From a virus, in IMG/VR virus record IMGVR_UViG_3300021429_002604, positions 32,001 through 96,000 of that record: a stretch of DNA of 64,000 bases; one strand, written 5' to 3'. Positions 44,151 to 53,512 of this stretch are shown one piece after another. Each line of letters opens with the position of its first letter. The first letter of the stretch is position 1. A program made the translations under genes and the position numbers. Below the pieces are notes generated by a model that was not told where the DNA came from, did not search any database, and saw nothing but the letters and a program-made list of their open reading frames with translations.

Positions 44151-45875
44151 ATGAATATATTTAAGAAAAATAACATTCTTATTAACGGTCTTCTAGGAGA
44201 CACGTTTAATTTTTTGCAGGCAACCTATAATCAAACATCGAATGTTTTTACTGTTGCCTCCGCTTGGGGACAAATCTTATTTGTTCTACAAAATCTTTCC
44301 CAGCTTATATTATATTTCATTGAGGATTCGATCACCGAGTTAAATATGCAGGAAGCAACCAGAGACTATTCTGTTAGAAGTTTAGCTAGAATTGCTGGTT
44401 ATGATCCTGGACGTGCTAGCGCAGCTCAAGGTGAGGTTTCTATATCATGGAACACCAGAGAGGGTGATGTTGGTGGTGGATCGGTTATACTCAAAAATTA
44501 CTCCCAGATCAGATGCCAGCAAAATGGTAAATTATACTCTCTGATATTTGGAAGTCCAGAAGTAACTATCCCCTTAGTTAGAGGGAATTCATTGAGAGTA
44601 AAAGTTGCTCAGGGAACTTTTGAAAGCGCGATAGTCACCGGTAATGGTCTGGCACTTCAAAGTTTTAATCTTCCTTCCAGCTCAGGTATTCTATTGGATC
44701 AATTTTATGTTGATGTGTATGTTAATGAGGAAAAATGGAGAAGATATGATTCGCTCTATGATATACCATTAAACGGTAAGGGATACTTGGTTAGAACAGG
44801 AATACAAGAGGGACTGGATGTTTATTTCGGTAACTCCAATTTTGGTATGGTTCCTCAGAGAGGATCAAGAATAAGAATAGAATATTTACAGACATCCGGC
44901 ACTGGCGGAAATACAAACTCAACTAAAGAAAACCCACTTACTTATAAATTTTCCAGTAACGGAACAGATCTATTTGGATCGGAGGTTGATGTTAACCTTT
45001 ATCTTGATATTAAGAATCAAATAGATCCATCATTTGGTACAAACCCAGAGACCACCAACCTAATTAGATTGGTTGCTCCTAAGACTAGTAGATCTTTCGT
45101 TTTTGCTAATGCTGATAACTACGAGGTGTTCCTGAATAAATTGGGAATATTTTCTCAGATACAAGCTTTCTCAACTTTCGACGATGATTACTTAGATGAT
45201 GATAACGTTGTTTACATATATCTGGTTCCTGACATCACTTTGAATCTATCGAGTAACGAAGATTATTTTAGTGTTCCGGTTTCAGACTTTCTTTTAACTG
45301 CTCCACAAAAGGCCAGAGTTGTAAATCTGATCGAACAATCAGGATCTATGATCGCAACCACGGTGATAAAAATAGTTCAGCCCGTTATAACCAGATATGT
45401 TACTAATGTCGTTCTTGGTATTTTCGAAGGATCTGACCCTGAGACAATTAAACAGTCCATAAGAAAAAGAATTTCTGAATATATGTTATCCTTGAAAAGA
45501 AGGGATAAAATACCAAAATCTGATTTCATAGCAATAATAGAAAGCGTACCTGGAGTAGACACAGTATCTTTCTTCTTCGTCGGCCAAAAAAATGAGGAGA
45601 ATCAGATAGCAATTAAAAACTTGACTAATGTTTCCCAAGCACAATTGGACGAGACTATAGGGATGGACCAGTTTGGTGATATTATTATAGGAAGAAATGA
45701 ACTTGTACTATTGAGAGGTGGGTGGACAGACAGAAACGGAACATTCTATACTGAATCCGTTGTTGATGGAAAACCAGGGCCTCTTAATATAACCGTTGCA
45801 TCCATTGTTCCTAGAAATTTTAGAAGTGAATTAAATGCTAGTCTAAAGTCACAAATAATAGCTCAAGGCTCATAA
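44151..45875 (+). CDS. gp6: Baseplate wedge protein (gp6 / baseplate J-like)
   Basis: SVRSLARIAGYDP.RA, VYFGNSNFG..P, YLQTSG..GN, APK..R and IESVPGVDTV. Confidence 0.85.
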   Translation: MNIFKKNNILINGLLGDTFNFLQATYNQTSNVFTVASAWGQILFVLQNLSQLILYFIEDSITELNMQEATRDYSVRSLARIAGYDPGRASAAQGEVSISWNTREGDVGGGSVILKNYSQIRCQQNGKLYSLIFGSPEVTIPLVRGNSLRVKVAQGTFESAIVTGNGLALQSFNLPSSSGILLDQFYVDVYVNEEKWRRYDSLYDIPLNGKGYLVRTGIQEGLDVYFGNSNFGMVPQRGSRIRIEYLQTSGTGGNTNSTKENPLTYKFSSNGTDLFGSEVDVNLYLDIKNQIDPSFGTNPETTNLIRLVAPKTSRSFVFANADNYEVFLNKLGIFSQIQAFSTFDDDYLDDDNVVYIYLVPDITLNLSSNEDYFSVPVSDFLLTAPQKARVVNLIEQSGSMIATTVIKIVQPVITRYVTNVVLGIFEGSDPETIKQSIRKRISEYMLSLKRRDKIPKSDFIAIIESVPGVDTVSFFFVGQKNEENQIAIKNLTNVSQAQLDETIGMDQFGDIIIGRNELVLLRGGWTDRNGTFYTESVVDGKPGPLNITVASIVPRNFRSELNASLKSQIIAQGS

Positions 45876-45890
45876 AATAAATAAACGATA

Positions 45891-46421
45891 ATGCAGAGTT
45901 ATTCACCATTCTTTCCTGGAGAAAATGAAAGTAAAAGCTACACCGTTAATGGAATAAAACCAAGAACGACTAATACAACTTTTTATGACAGTAAAGATTT
46001 GTATGCAACATCAAATTTAGCACTAGACCGAGCCTATAATATAGGGTGTAGTGGATATAGAGCGGTGATTGCTAATGCTACGGGTTCCTATAAATTTGCT
46101 CCTTGCACATCGATTGCCGAATATAAGACAATAATGAAAGAAATGGGAAAGGTCACGGTTGAAAGAAGATATTATGATTTTGATCCAACCCAAAATATTT
46201 ATGACATCAGGGATAGTATAAATGATAATCTATATAATGGATTTGATTACCAAGATCAAATCCTAAAAAGATCGTTATCCAATGTTATCTATCGGGATCC
46301 AGTAAAGGAGGGTATACTTCATTACTTCCAGAGGGTTGTTTATGGATTGATTGAAACAACTAAACAAATAAAGAACTTCTTTAACTACACAGTTAAGAAA
46401 AATAATAAGAGAGTTTTCTAA
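45891..46421 (+). CDS. Hypothetical baseplate-associated protein
   Basis: 176 aa between the gp6-like and gp7-like genes. Confidence 0.6.
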   Translation: MQSYSPFFPGENESKSYTVNGIKPRTTNTTFYDSKDLYATSNLALDRAYNIGCSGYRAVIANATGSYKFAPCTSIAEYKTIMKEMGKVTVERRYYDFDPTQNIYDIRDSINDNLYNGFDYQDQILKRSLSNVIYRDPVKEGILHYFQRVVYGLIETTKQIKNFFNYTVKKNNKRVF

Positions 46422-46427
46422 TTTAAA

Positions 46428-49400
46428 ATGGCAGACATAAGACTTAATTTTTTTGGTAAAGACGGTAATCCGCTAAATTTCAATTATATTGGACCTACCG
46501 GACCAACCCCAGCGGATTCTAAATTTACCTACATCACATCCAATTCAGGTCTTACTAGCAATGGTGACGCCCTTCTTAACTTTGGTTCATCCAACTTTAC
46601 CTGGCAACTCTACAAGACTGATCTTAATAATTTAGACCTTACTGCTTGGCATAACGAGATTGATTATTTCATTAGCCGGGGAGCTGATGTTTATTTGAAT
46701 GGTGAAGTTGCGGGACAGCAAAGTTTTAGTTGTAAAATTCAAAACATAGTTCAGGTTTCATCCGGTAATCTTATAATTAGCGGATTAACTGATGACTATA
46801 AGGGGCAGAGCATAATAAGTGCAAACAACCAGATCTATTTCACCACAACGTATGAGAATAGACCAGGTGGATATTTTAAGGGCAACATCTATTTTGAGCC
46901 CGTTTCATCTGGACTATATGAAAATGAGCAGGTTTTTATTGTACAGGAATTTGAAAATCCATCCACTAATGTTAAGGAGTATGGTCTACCACACACCGGA
47001 GCTACCGGAGCTACCGGAGCTACTGGTTCCCCTAAATGGAGAACCCGATGGTATAATGATAATTATGGTGAAACTGACGTAACCGATATTATATTCACGT
47101 ATGCTATTGAGGATCAGCTTGAAGGTGGAGACGGCGAACCGCTGATTGTAAACTATCCAAACATGGTTATGCCTGTTGATGTAGATCCTAACGATTACTA
47201 TACCCTTGGTTACGTCCATACAGAGAATGTCACATCAGAGGCATTGTCGATAAATGTTGCATTAAATGCATCGGAAGAGGCTGAGGGCATCTACGAGAGA
47301 AAACTTATAGTTGAAGACATCACCACAGGGACTCCTGAAAAAATACTCGAGATTGATTTTTATGGGCAGATCGTAGGGGAGGATGAGAGATTTAAAGTTC
47401 TTTTGGAGAACCTAGGTCGAGCTTTCTATAGAAGTGATTCCGTTATACTAAGGGATCATGACCCGGATGAGCCAAGCCCGAATTTCTTAGAGATTAATGA
47501 GAAAAGGAAGGAGCTACTCGTTGCCGGGGAGGAGATATTCCCGTACATCGGAAGTTATAAGGGGTTAATTAATGCACTAAAATTCTTCGGTTATCAGGAT
47601 TTGAGAATAAAGGAATATTGGTTAAATCTAAATTATAAAAATCTAAAATTAGAATCTCCAGTCCAACAGAATCAATCTTTTCTGAATGCTATTAAAACCC
47701 AGCAATCAAAAGGATATTCACAAAGCTACCAAGTTGGTGATGTTCTAGATAACGAGAATTCAGGAAAATATAAATTAACCCAAACATACGGTCCGGATTC
47801 GACTGGAAAATATGTTTTAAATGTCACTTCGGAAGACTCATTAATACCTAGCAGAACGTATAAAAAAACAGCACTGTTTGGTCTTTATTACGATCTAAAC
47901 AAAGTTACTGATAATACGGATGCTTTTGGTTACCCTGTAGTAAATGACGCATTTAAATTCACACAGGAGGAGGTTCTGATAAAGATATTTGCTTTAAAGG
48001 AGAGACTTAAGAGAGACTATCTACCTCTGAACGCCAGAATTATAGACATAACCGGAGAGGGTGTTTATTTCATGATCTATAACACTAAGTCATGGACCGA
48101 TGTGATGGAAAGAATAGACGTCAATTCTGGTTTCTATTTCGACTTTTTTCCGAATCCTGATTTTGGTTTTCTTGAGGATCTTAGAAACTTTTCAACTAGG
48201 CCTTTATCATCTGGAATTCAAACTCCTAGCTCATACAGTAACTCATACCAAGCCGATGTTGATTTCATAGGCGGAACTGGAAGCGCTATAAGCTTTGTGG
48301 GGGATTTCCCATTTGGCTCCACTGGACCGAATCCAACTCTGGTTGTAAATGCAGGACAGACATATCAGTTCAACGTGGTTGACTCCAATAGCTATGGGTA
48401 TGATTTTTATCTAACAACAGATCCTTTATTAACACCGGTGGATCCACTTGGAGTTATGAATAACGGAGCAACCGGGGGTAGTTCAGTTATCTGGTATGTG
48501 AACCCTGAACAATCTTCACCGATTTATTATTATTCGTCAAATAACACATCCCTTTTAAATGGTAGCATTACTGTTTTACCTGCTACTCTATCGGATCTTG
48601 GTAATATTGTAAATCCACTGGATAATCAGCAAATTTATAATCCAGCACAGAATGATTCGCTACTAACCGCAATTGGTAACTTCTATGAATTAAAACAGAA
48701 CGGTGACATACTAGAACTCGGTGATGATGACTTCGATCCTAGTGCTTATATAGATCCAACCACGGGACAGCAATATCAGCTTCCCCTTGGTATGCCAGTT
48801 ATATTAGAGCTGATCCTGGATGTATGGGAATGGAACGAACTTAATATAAACTGGAATGCACTAATTATACCAACATACAAAGTTGGAGACGTTGTTCAAG
48901 TTAGACAACAAGGCAATTTCTTTTATGGAGTTTTTGGAACTGTTACCGCTGTGAGTTATTCAACTGGTGATTATACAATTTTACTAGATCCCCCGTATAA
49001 CATTCCTCAGAACTTTGCTGAGGCTGATTTACTTTCGAGCGTCCAGATTTACAATCTACTAACTTGGGAAAATATAGATTTTTCTAATGCGGTAGAAATT
49101 GAGTGGATCGTAAATAAGAACGCAACACAATCAGGATCACCCTATAATTTTCAATTTAGAGGTGCCATAGCGGACTTTTATAAACTTGCCCACTTCTTAC
49201 CTTACACTGGGGAATATAAGGTCATATGCAACATCTATGATGCCTTTAATGCAAAGACAACTGTAATCAAGGATCGGATAATAAAAGTTGAACCTAAAAC
49301 TATAGATATTGATGCTTGGACCAGATACAGGGAGGTTGAAAGATACCTATGGGACAATGCCGATAGGGGATGGGATCTTTATGATTCTATGTGGGAATAC

Positions 49401-51239
49401 CCTGCTGAGGGCGAGACTATTGAGGTTGTTGAAAAATCAATACCTAGCGAGATTTTAGATTTCGCAACTTACGGGAATAAATCGGAGGAGGGTCAGAGTC
49501 TTTATGTGTATTCTCCAAATTCAGCAATCGGTGCTACCGGAGAAATCTCATTCACACAAACGATATCACAAATCTCCGAAATATATTCACTTCAGATATT
49601 CCCTGGTCAATACGGATATGCAACAATATCAACTGCAACCCCACATGGTCTTACTAATGGAGACGAGGTAACCATAACAGGAACAGTATCCGAACTGAAT
49701 GGAAGATGGGTAGCAGGAGTGACAGGATCAACAACAACATTTAAAATACAGACATCTCTAAATCCAACTTGGAATGGTATAAATCTGGAGACTTCTCCGG
49801 TAAATAGATATGTTACGGACAACTTAATTTACACCAATCAGCAATTTACAGGAGCAGGAACAATTACTATTTATGCTGGCGGGAGGGAAATAGGGACAGC
49901 TGAAACTGGGGATACACTTTATAACACAGCTAACGCTATCACTTCAGCCGTAAATTCACTAAGAACGTATCCTGATTATTTTGCATCATGCATAAATCCA
50001 TCAACCGATCCCGTGAAGGTTCTAATTTCTGCACCGAACGATCTCGGTGCTGATCAGAACGGTGTACCTTTAAGTGCAACTTTAACCGGATCAATCAGTT
50101 TAGTTTCATCTGATGCTGCTTTAACAGGAGGGGTAAGTCCAGCTGATAGTTACGTTTACTGGTCAGAAAATGATCCTAACCAGCCGAACGAGAATCTTAA
50201 ATATTGGGGAACTAAAAGACTCAACTGGGAGGTTTTCACCGATAACAATTGGGAAAACGCATATGCACACACTTGGTTCGATTTTGAATTCAACAACGAT
50301 TGGCTCGGCGGATATGAGCTTCATACCATTTTACCAGGGGATTATGTTAAGATTAGCACTGCAAACTCGACATATCCATTCCCGGTAGGGGTAACCTTTA
50401 ATAACGGAATTTCTGGACTAACACTTCAGGAGGTAGCAGATCAACTTAACAATTCGGACGAGCCACACATAACCAATTTCTACTATCGACCTATGCCTAG
50501 TGACGTTGGTGGACTTGGTGCGACCGCTGGTCCGATAAACTTAAATATAACAAATAACTTTTTAATAAATAGTGCATTTCAGCCACCACCTTCATTAAAC
50601 GGAGGTAGTCAGCTTCTAATTGCTCAATTTGGTTACACCGGAGGAGTACAGATTACCTCGACGACAACAACTTCAACAACTTCAACGACTACGACATCAA
50701 CATCAACGACATCAACGACTACGACATCGACGACATCGACATCAACGACGACAACGACAACGGCAGCTCCTACGACTACCACGTCAACCACGTCAACCAC
50801 AACTATTAATCCTTGTTTATTAGCTGGTACTGCTAGTATGGTTTATCCTACTACGACAACCACATCGACCACAACTTCGACGTCAACGACCACAACAACC
50901 ACAACAGGGATTATTATAGCTTACTGGGAATACCTGGGAGCTTGTATAACTCAGTCTGCTGAATTCTACCAAAACGGAAACTTGATGGCTAACCCGAGTG
51001 GTTCTGGAACTAGCTCAGGAAGCTTTGTTATAGTGCCTGGGGACGTATTGGAGGTTTATCACACCTCTGGAATTAAAGGTGCTGGCTGTTTAACTGCTAC
51101 TGCTGTAGTGGAAATACCTTATTTAACGTCCTTGGTTGGTGCATTTGATAGTGTTAGCGGTACGAGTGTAACTGCATATGTTAGCTGGACAGTAAGTGGA
51201 TCCGATGACATTGGACTATATGCCGGATTAATGCCTTAA
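46428..51239 (+). CDS. Large baseplate wedge/tail protein (gp7-like core) with Thr/Ser mucin-like tracts near the C-terminus
   Basis: FPYIGSYKGLINALKFFGY..L.IKEYW resembles the gp7/P2-gpI core; 1603 aa. Confidence 0.65.
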   Translation: MADIRLNFFGKDGNPLNFNYIGPTGPTPADSKFTYITSNSGLTSNGDALLNFGSSNFTWQLYKTDLNNLDLTAWHNEIDYFISRGADVYLNGEVAGQQSFSCKIQNIVQVSSGNLIISGLTDDYKGQSIISANNQIYFTTTYENRPGGYFKGNIYFEPVSSGLYENEQVFIVQEFENPSTNVKEYGLPHTGATGATGATGSPKWRTRWYNDNYGETDVTDIIFTYAIEDQLEGGDGEPLIVNYPNMVMPVDVDPNDYYTLGYVHTENVTSEALSINVALNASEEAEGIYERKLIVEDITTGTPEKILEIDFYGQIVGEDERFKVLLENLGRAFYRSDSVILRDHDPDEPSPNFLEINEKRKELLVAGEEIFPYIGSYKGLINALKFFGYQDLRIKEYWLNLNYKNLKLESPVQQNQSFLNAIKTQQSKGYSQSYQVGDVLDNENSGKYKLTQTYGPDSTGKYVLNVTSEDSLIPSRTYKKTALFGLYYDLNKVTDNTDAFGYPVVNDAFKFTQEEVLIKIFALKERLKRDYLPLNARIIDITGEGVYFMIYNTKSWTDVMERIDVNSGFYFDFFPNPDFGFLEDLRNFSTRPLSSGIQTPSSYSNSYQADVDFIGGTGSAISFVGDFPFGSTGPNPTLVVNAGQTYQFNVVDSNSYGYDFYLTTDPLLTPVDPLGVMNNGATGGSSVIWYVNPEQSSPIYYYSSNNTSLLNGSITVLPATLSDLGNIVNPLDNQQIYNPAQNDSLLTAIGNFYELKQNGDILELGDDDFDPSAYIDPTTGQQYQLPLGMPVILELILDVWEWNELNINWNALIIPTYKVGDVVQVRQQGNFFYGVFGTVTAVSYSTGDYTILLDPPYNIPQNFAEADLLSSVQIYNLLTWENIDFSNAVEIEWIVNKNATQSGSPYNFQFRGAIADFYKLAHFLPYTGEYKVICNIYDAFNAKTTVIKDRIIKVEPKTIDIDAWTRYREVERYLWDNADRGWDLYDSMWEYPAEGETIEVVEKSIPSEILDFATYGNKSEEGQSLYVYSPNSAIGATGEISFTQTISQISEIYSLQIFPGQYGYATISTATPHGLTNGDEVTITGTVSELNGRWVAGVTGSTTTFKIQTSLNPTWNGINLETSPVNRYVTDNLIYTNQQFTGAGTITIYAGGREIGTAETGDTLYNTANAITSAVNSLRTYPDYFASCINPSTDPVKVLISAPNDLGADQNGVPLSATLTGSISLVSSDAALTGGVSPADSYVYWSENDPNQPNENLKYWGTKRLNWEVFTDNNWENAYAHTWFDFEFNNDWLGGYELHTILPGDYVKISTANSTYPFPVGVTFNNGISGLTLQEVADQLNNSDEPHITNFYYRPMPSDVGGLGATAGPINLNITNNFLINSAFQPPPSLNGGSQLLIAQFGYTGGVQITSTTTTSTTSTTTTSTSTTSTTTTSTTSTSTTTTTTAAPTTTTSTTSTTTINPCLLAGTASMVYPTTTTTSTTTSTSTTTTTTTGIIIAYWEYLGACITQSAEFYQNGNLMANPSGSGTSSGSFVIVPGDVLEVYHTSGIKGAGCLTATAVVEIPYLTSLVGAFDSVSGTSVTAYVSWTVSGSDDIGLYAGLMP
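46995..47027 (+). repeat. Three exact 9-bp repeats (accggagct) encoding collagen-like TGATGATGATG
   Basis: Read directly from the sequence. Confidence 0.9.
50655..50906 (+). repeat. Two low-complexity Thr/Ser tracts (50655..50804, 50850..50906)
   Basis: TSTTTTSTTSTTTT...AAPTTTT..., then the spacer NPCLLAGTASMVYP, then TTTTTSTTTSTSTTTTTTT. Confidence 0.95.
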
Positions 51240-51251
51240 AAAATATAAAAC

Positions 51252-51821
51252 ATGATCGATAAAGAAAAAATACAGGGTGTGCATGAACAAAAACCGATAC
51301 GTGGTTTATTTGAAATCCCATTGGCAATTTCAAAATTCAGTGGTGAATATTCAATAGAAAAACACTCTAGGCTTGATTTTTTAGTTCTTAAAGGTCCAAG
51401 CGGTCAACTAGGAACAGATCAGGCTGGTTATATACTGGGGCACAATCCGGGGATTCTTGATATTGAATTTGATAGTATTCTAATAATTGGATTGGGACTG
51501 GGCGTAATACCTTATGTTGTCCAGGATTTCTGTTCTGTGGTGGATGTGGTGGAATTACAATCTGATGTGATTAGTTGTGTTAATCAGCTTGGACATCTTA
51601 ATAGCAATGTTAATTTAATACAAGGGGAAATATCAGCATACGCGCCAACTAGAAATTATGATGTGATCTTGCTTGATATCTGGTACACGGATATCACTGA
51701 GGAATTAACCGACGAGCTGATAGAGAAATACAGTCCACATTTGAATGCTGGCGGGTTTCTCTATATACCAATTAATGCTGGTTCTATAGAAGACAAGGTT
51801 AAAATATATAATAACAATTAA
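51252..51821 (+). CDS. Class I SAM-dependent methyltransferase (spermidine synthase-like)
   Basis: ILIIGLGLG motif I, VDVVE motif II, YDVILLDIW and LNAGG. Confidence 0.8.
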   Translation: MIDKEKIQGVHEQKPIRGLFEIPLAISKFSGEYSIEKHSRLDFLVLKGPSGQLGTDQAGYILGHNPGILDIEFDSILIIGLGLGVIPYVVQDFCSVVDVVELQSDVISCVNQLGHLNSNVNLIQGEISAYAPTRNYDVILLDIWYTDITEELTDELIEKYSPHLNAGGFLYIPINAGSIEDKVKIYNNN

Positions 51822-51832
51822 ACGAATAGAAA

Positions 51833-52447
51833 ATGCCATCAGCACTTATAACTTTAACTACTGCGGGAACTGGAACAGGCCCATTTGATCTTTATTCTAA
51901 TGTCGGTGGATATGCCGCTCCATTTGAAACTAATGTACCTAAAAGTTCACTGGTATCTGGTTATACATCGAATTTGGTAACAGCCGGAACCACAATCATC
52001 AGGGTCCAGTCAACCAGTGTGGGATGTCCTAATTATGTTGATATTTCAGTAGCCGGAATTACGACAACCACGACATCAACATCAACTACAGCAACCCCTA
52101 CCAACTCCTGGCTTAATAATAACACAGGAAATACCATCACTGGAACATTTGTATTCAGTGTTAAGATAGGAGCTGGTTCTTTCAATACGGTGTATTCAGC
52201 AACCACCTCAATCTTACCTGGTGCAAAGCTTAATTTCAATCAATTATACTATCCTGGTGCTTTTAATACCAACGGTAATACATTTAAAGTTGACGTGTAC
52301 AGTGCTACCGGTCTTTCAACATCCAATTACATTCAGATGTTCGTTGGCTGGACGAGTACCCCTGGATATTTCACAGCGGGAACTCCATATTCCGCTCAAA
52401 CTTATTCCTCAGGTTCGCAATATCAATTACTTATAGATCTATATTAA
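51833..52447 (+). CDS. Small virion-type protein with an internal Thr tract
   Basis: ITTTTTSTSTTATPT at about 52058..52102; AATATATA variant at 51803..51810. Confidence 0.6.
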   Translation: MPSALITLTTAGTGTGPFDLYSNVGGYAAPFETNVPKSSLVSGYTSNLVTAGTTIIRVQSTSVGCPNYVDISVAGITTTTTSTSTTATPTNSWLNNNTGNTITGTFVFSVKIGAGSFNTVYSATTSILPGAKLNFNQLYYPGAFNTNGNTFKVDVYSATGLSTSNYIQMFVGWTSTPGYFTAGTPYSAQTYSSGSQYQLLIDLY

Positions 52448-52448
52448 C

Positions 52449-52476
52449 GGAACACTTCATTTATAATTAGCTATAA
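52449..52476 (+). promoter_or_regulatory. Bipartite promoter motif GGAAC-N17-CTATAA
   Basis: Intergenic, upstream of the glycosyltransferase. Confidence 0.55.
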
Positions 52477-52495
52477 GTTTCATAAAGTTTGAAAC

Positions 52496-53461
52496 ATGAT
52501 AAATAAAAAAATGACATTCGTCTGTGCCCAGCCGGATGTGCCTTATTTTCACTGGCAGGTTGAAGTACTAATTCACAACTTCATGAAAAATGGGATCAAT
52601 CCAAATTGGATCGAGATTCTATTTGCATATGATGACAGCATCTCATCTGAAGGATTAGAGTTAGCGAAGAAATACCCATTTGTAAGATTCTTTTTTTACC
52701 GAAAAACTCCTTGTGATAATTACGGATATATTCCAATCTTGAGACCTGATATACTCGAACAGCATTTTGAGCGCTATCCTCAGCTTTCGAACGAGATTAT
52801 ATTCTATCACGATTCGGATATCATTTTTAGAGAACTCCCCGATTTCAATTCGTTGATAGATGATGAAACTTGGTATTTAAGTGATACCGTTTCCTATATC
52901 GGATCGGAGTACATCAAGAGCAAATCTGACAAAATTCTTACCGATATGTGTAATATCGCTGGCGTCTCTAAAGAGCTGGTCGAGGAAAATGATAAAAATT
53001 CCGGCGGTGCACAATATCTAATGAAAAATATAGATCATCTCTTTTGGAGAGATGTTAAATTTGTTTCACTTGATCTTTATAAATACATGTTGGATGCTGA
53101 AATATCTGAACGACAAACACTCACTGAAGAACAGCTATTGACTTATAATCCCATTCAAAAATGGTGCGCTGATATGTGGGCGGTTTTATGGTGTGGGCTC
53201 AAGAGAGGTAATCAAGTTAGATTATCCGACGAGCTTGGATTTAGCTGGGGCTCTTCTTGGGGACAGGACGAATGGAAGAAACATAAAATAATGCACAATG
53301 CTGGGGTTGTTAATAACTGCGACGGAAGAGCCTTTTATAAGGGTGAATTTATCGAAAGATCTCCGTTTGAAGCTGACTTCTCAACAATAGACCCAAATAA
53401 CAACACATATAATTACGTACAGGCCATCCTATATGCCAAGGAGATGAGAGCTAAGCTTTAA
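52496..53461 (+). CDS. GT-A fold glycosyltransferase resembling peptide O-glycosyltransferases (HPAT/SERGT-like)
   Basis: IIFYHDSDIIF (DxD), GGAQYL and KWCADMWAVLW (compare W..EMY.Y in HPAT/SERGT). Confidence 0.7.
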   Translation: MINKKMTFVCAQPDVPYFHWQVEVLIHNFMKNGINPNWIEILFAYDDSISSEGLELAKKYPFVRFFFYRKTPCDNYGYIPILRPDILEQHFERYPQLSNEIIFYHDSDIIFRELPDFNSLIDDETWYLSDTVSYIGSEYIKSKSDKILTDMCNIAGVSKELVEENDKNSGGAQYLMKNIDHLFWRDVKFVSLDLYKYMLDAEISERQTLTEEQLLTYNPIQKWCADMWAVLWCGLKRGNQVRLSDELGFSWGSSWGQDEWKKHKIMHNAGVVNNCDGRAFYKGEFIERSPFEADFSTIDPNNNTYNYVQAILYAKEMRAKL

Positions 53462-53482
53462 TTTTATCCCCTGTTTATTTGT

Positions 53483-53490
53483 GATATATA
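53483..53490 (+). promoter_or_regulatory. GATATATA putative late promoter
   Basis: Intergenic, 22 nt before ORF 53513. Confidence 0.65.
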
Positions 53491-53512
53491 GGGTAAGTAA
53501 TCATCATTAAAC

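Noticed and set aside
50655-50906. C-rich ACN repeats as an assembly artefact or phase-variable microsatellite
   Set aside because: Codons are mixed (ACA/ACG/ACC/ACT/TCA/TCG) and the frame is preserved, which indicates selection for Thr/Ser rather than slippage.
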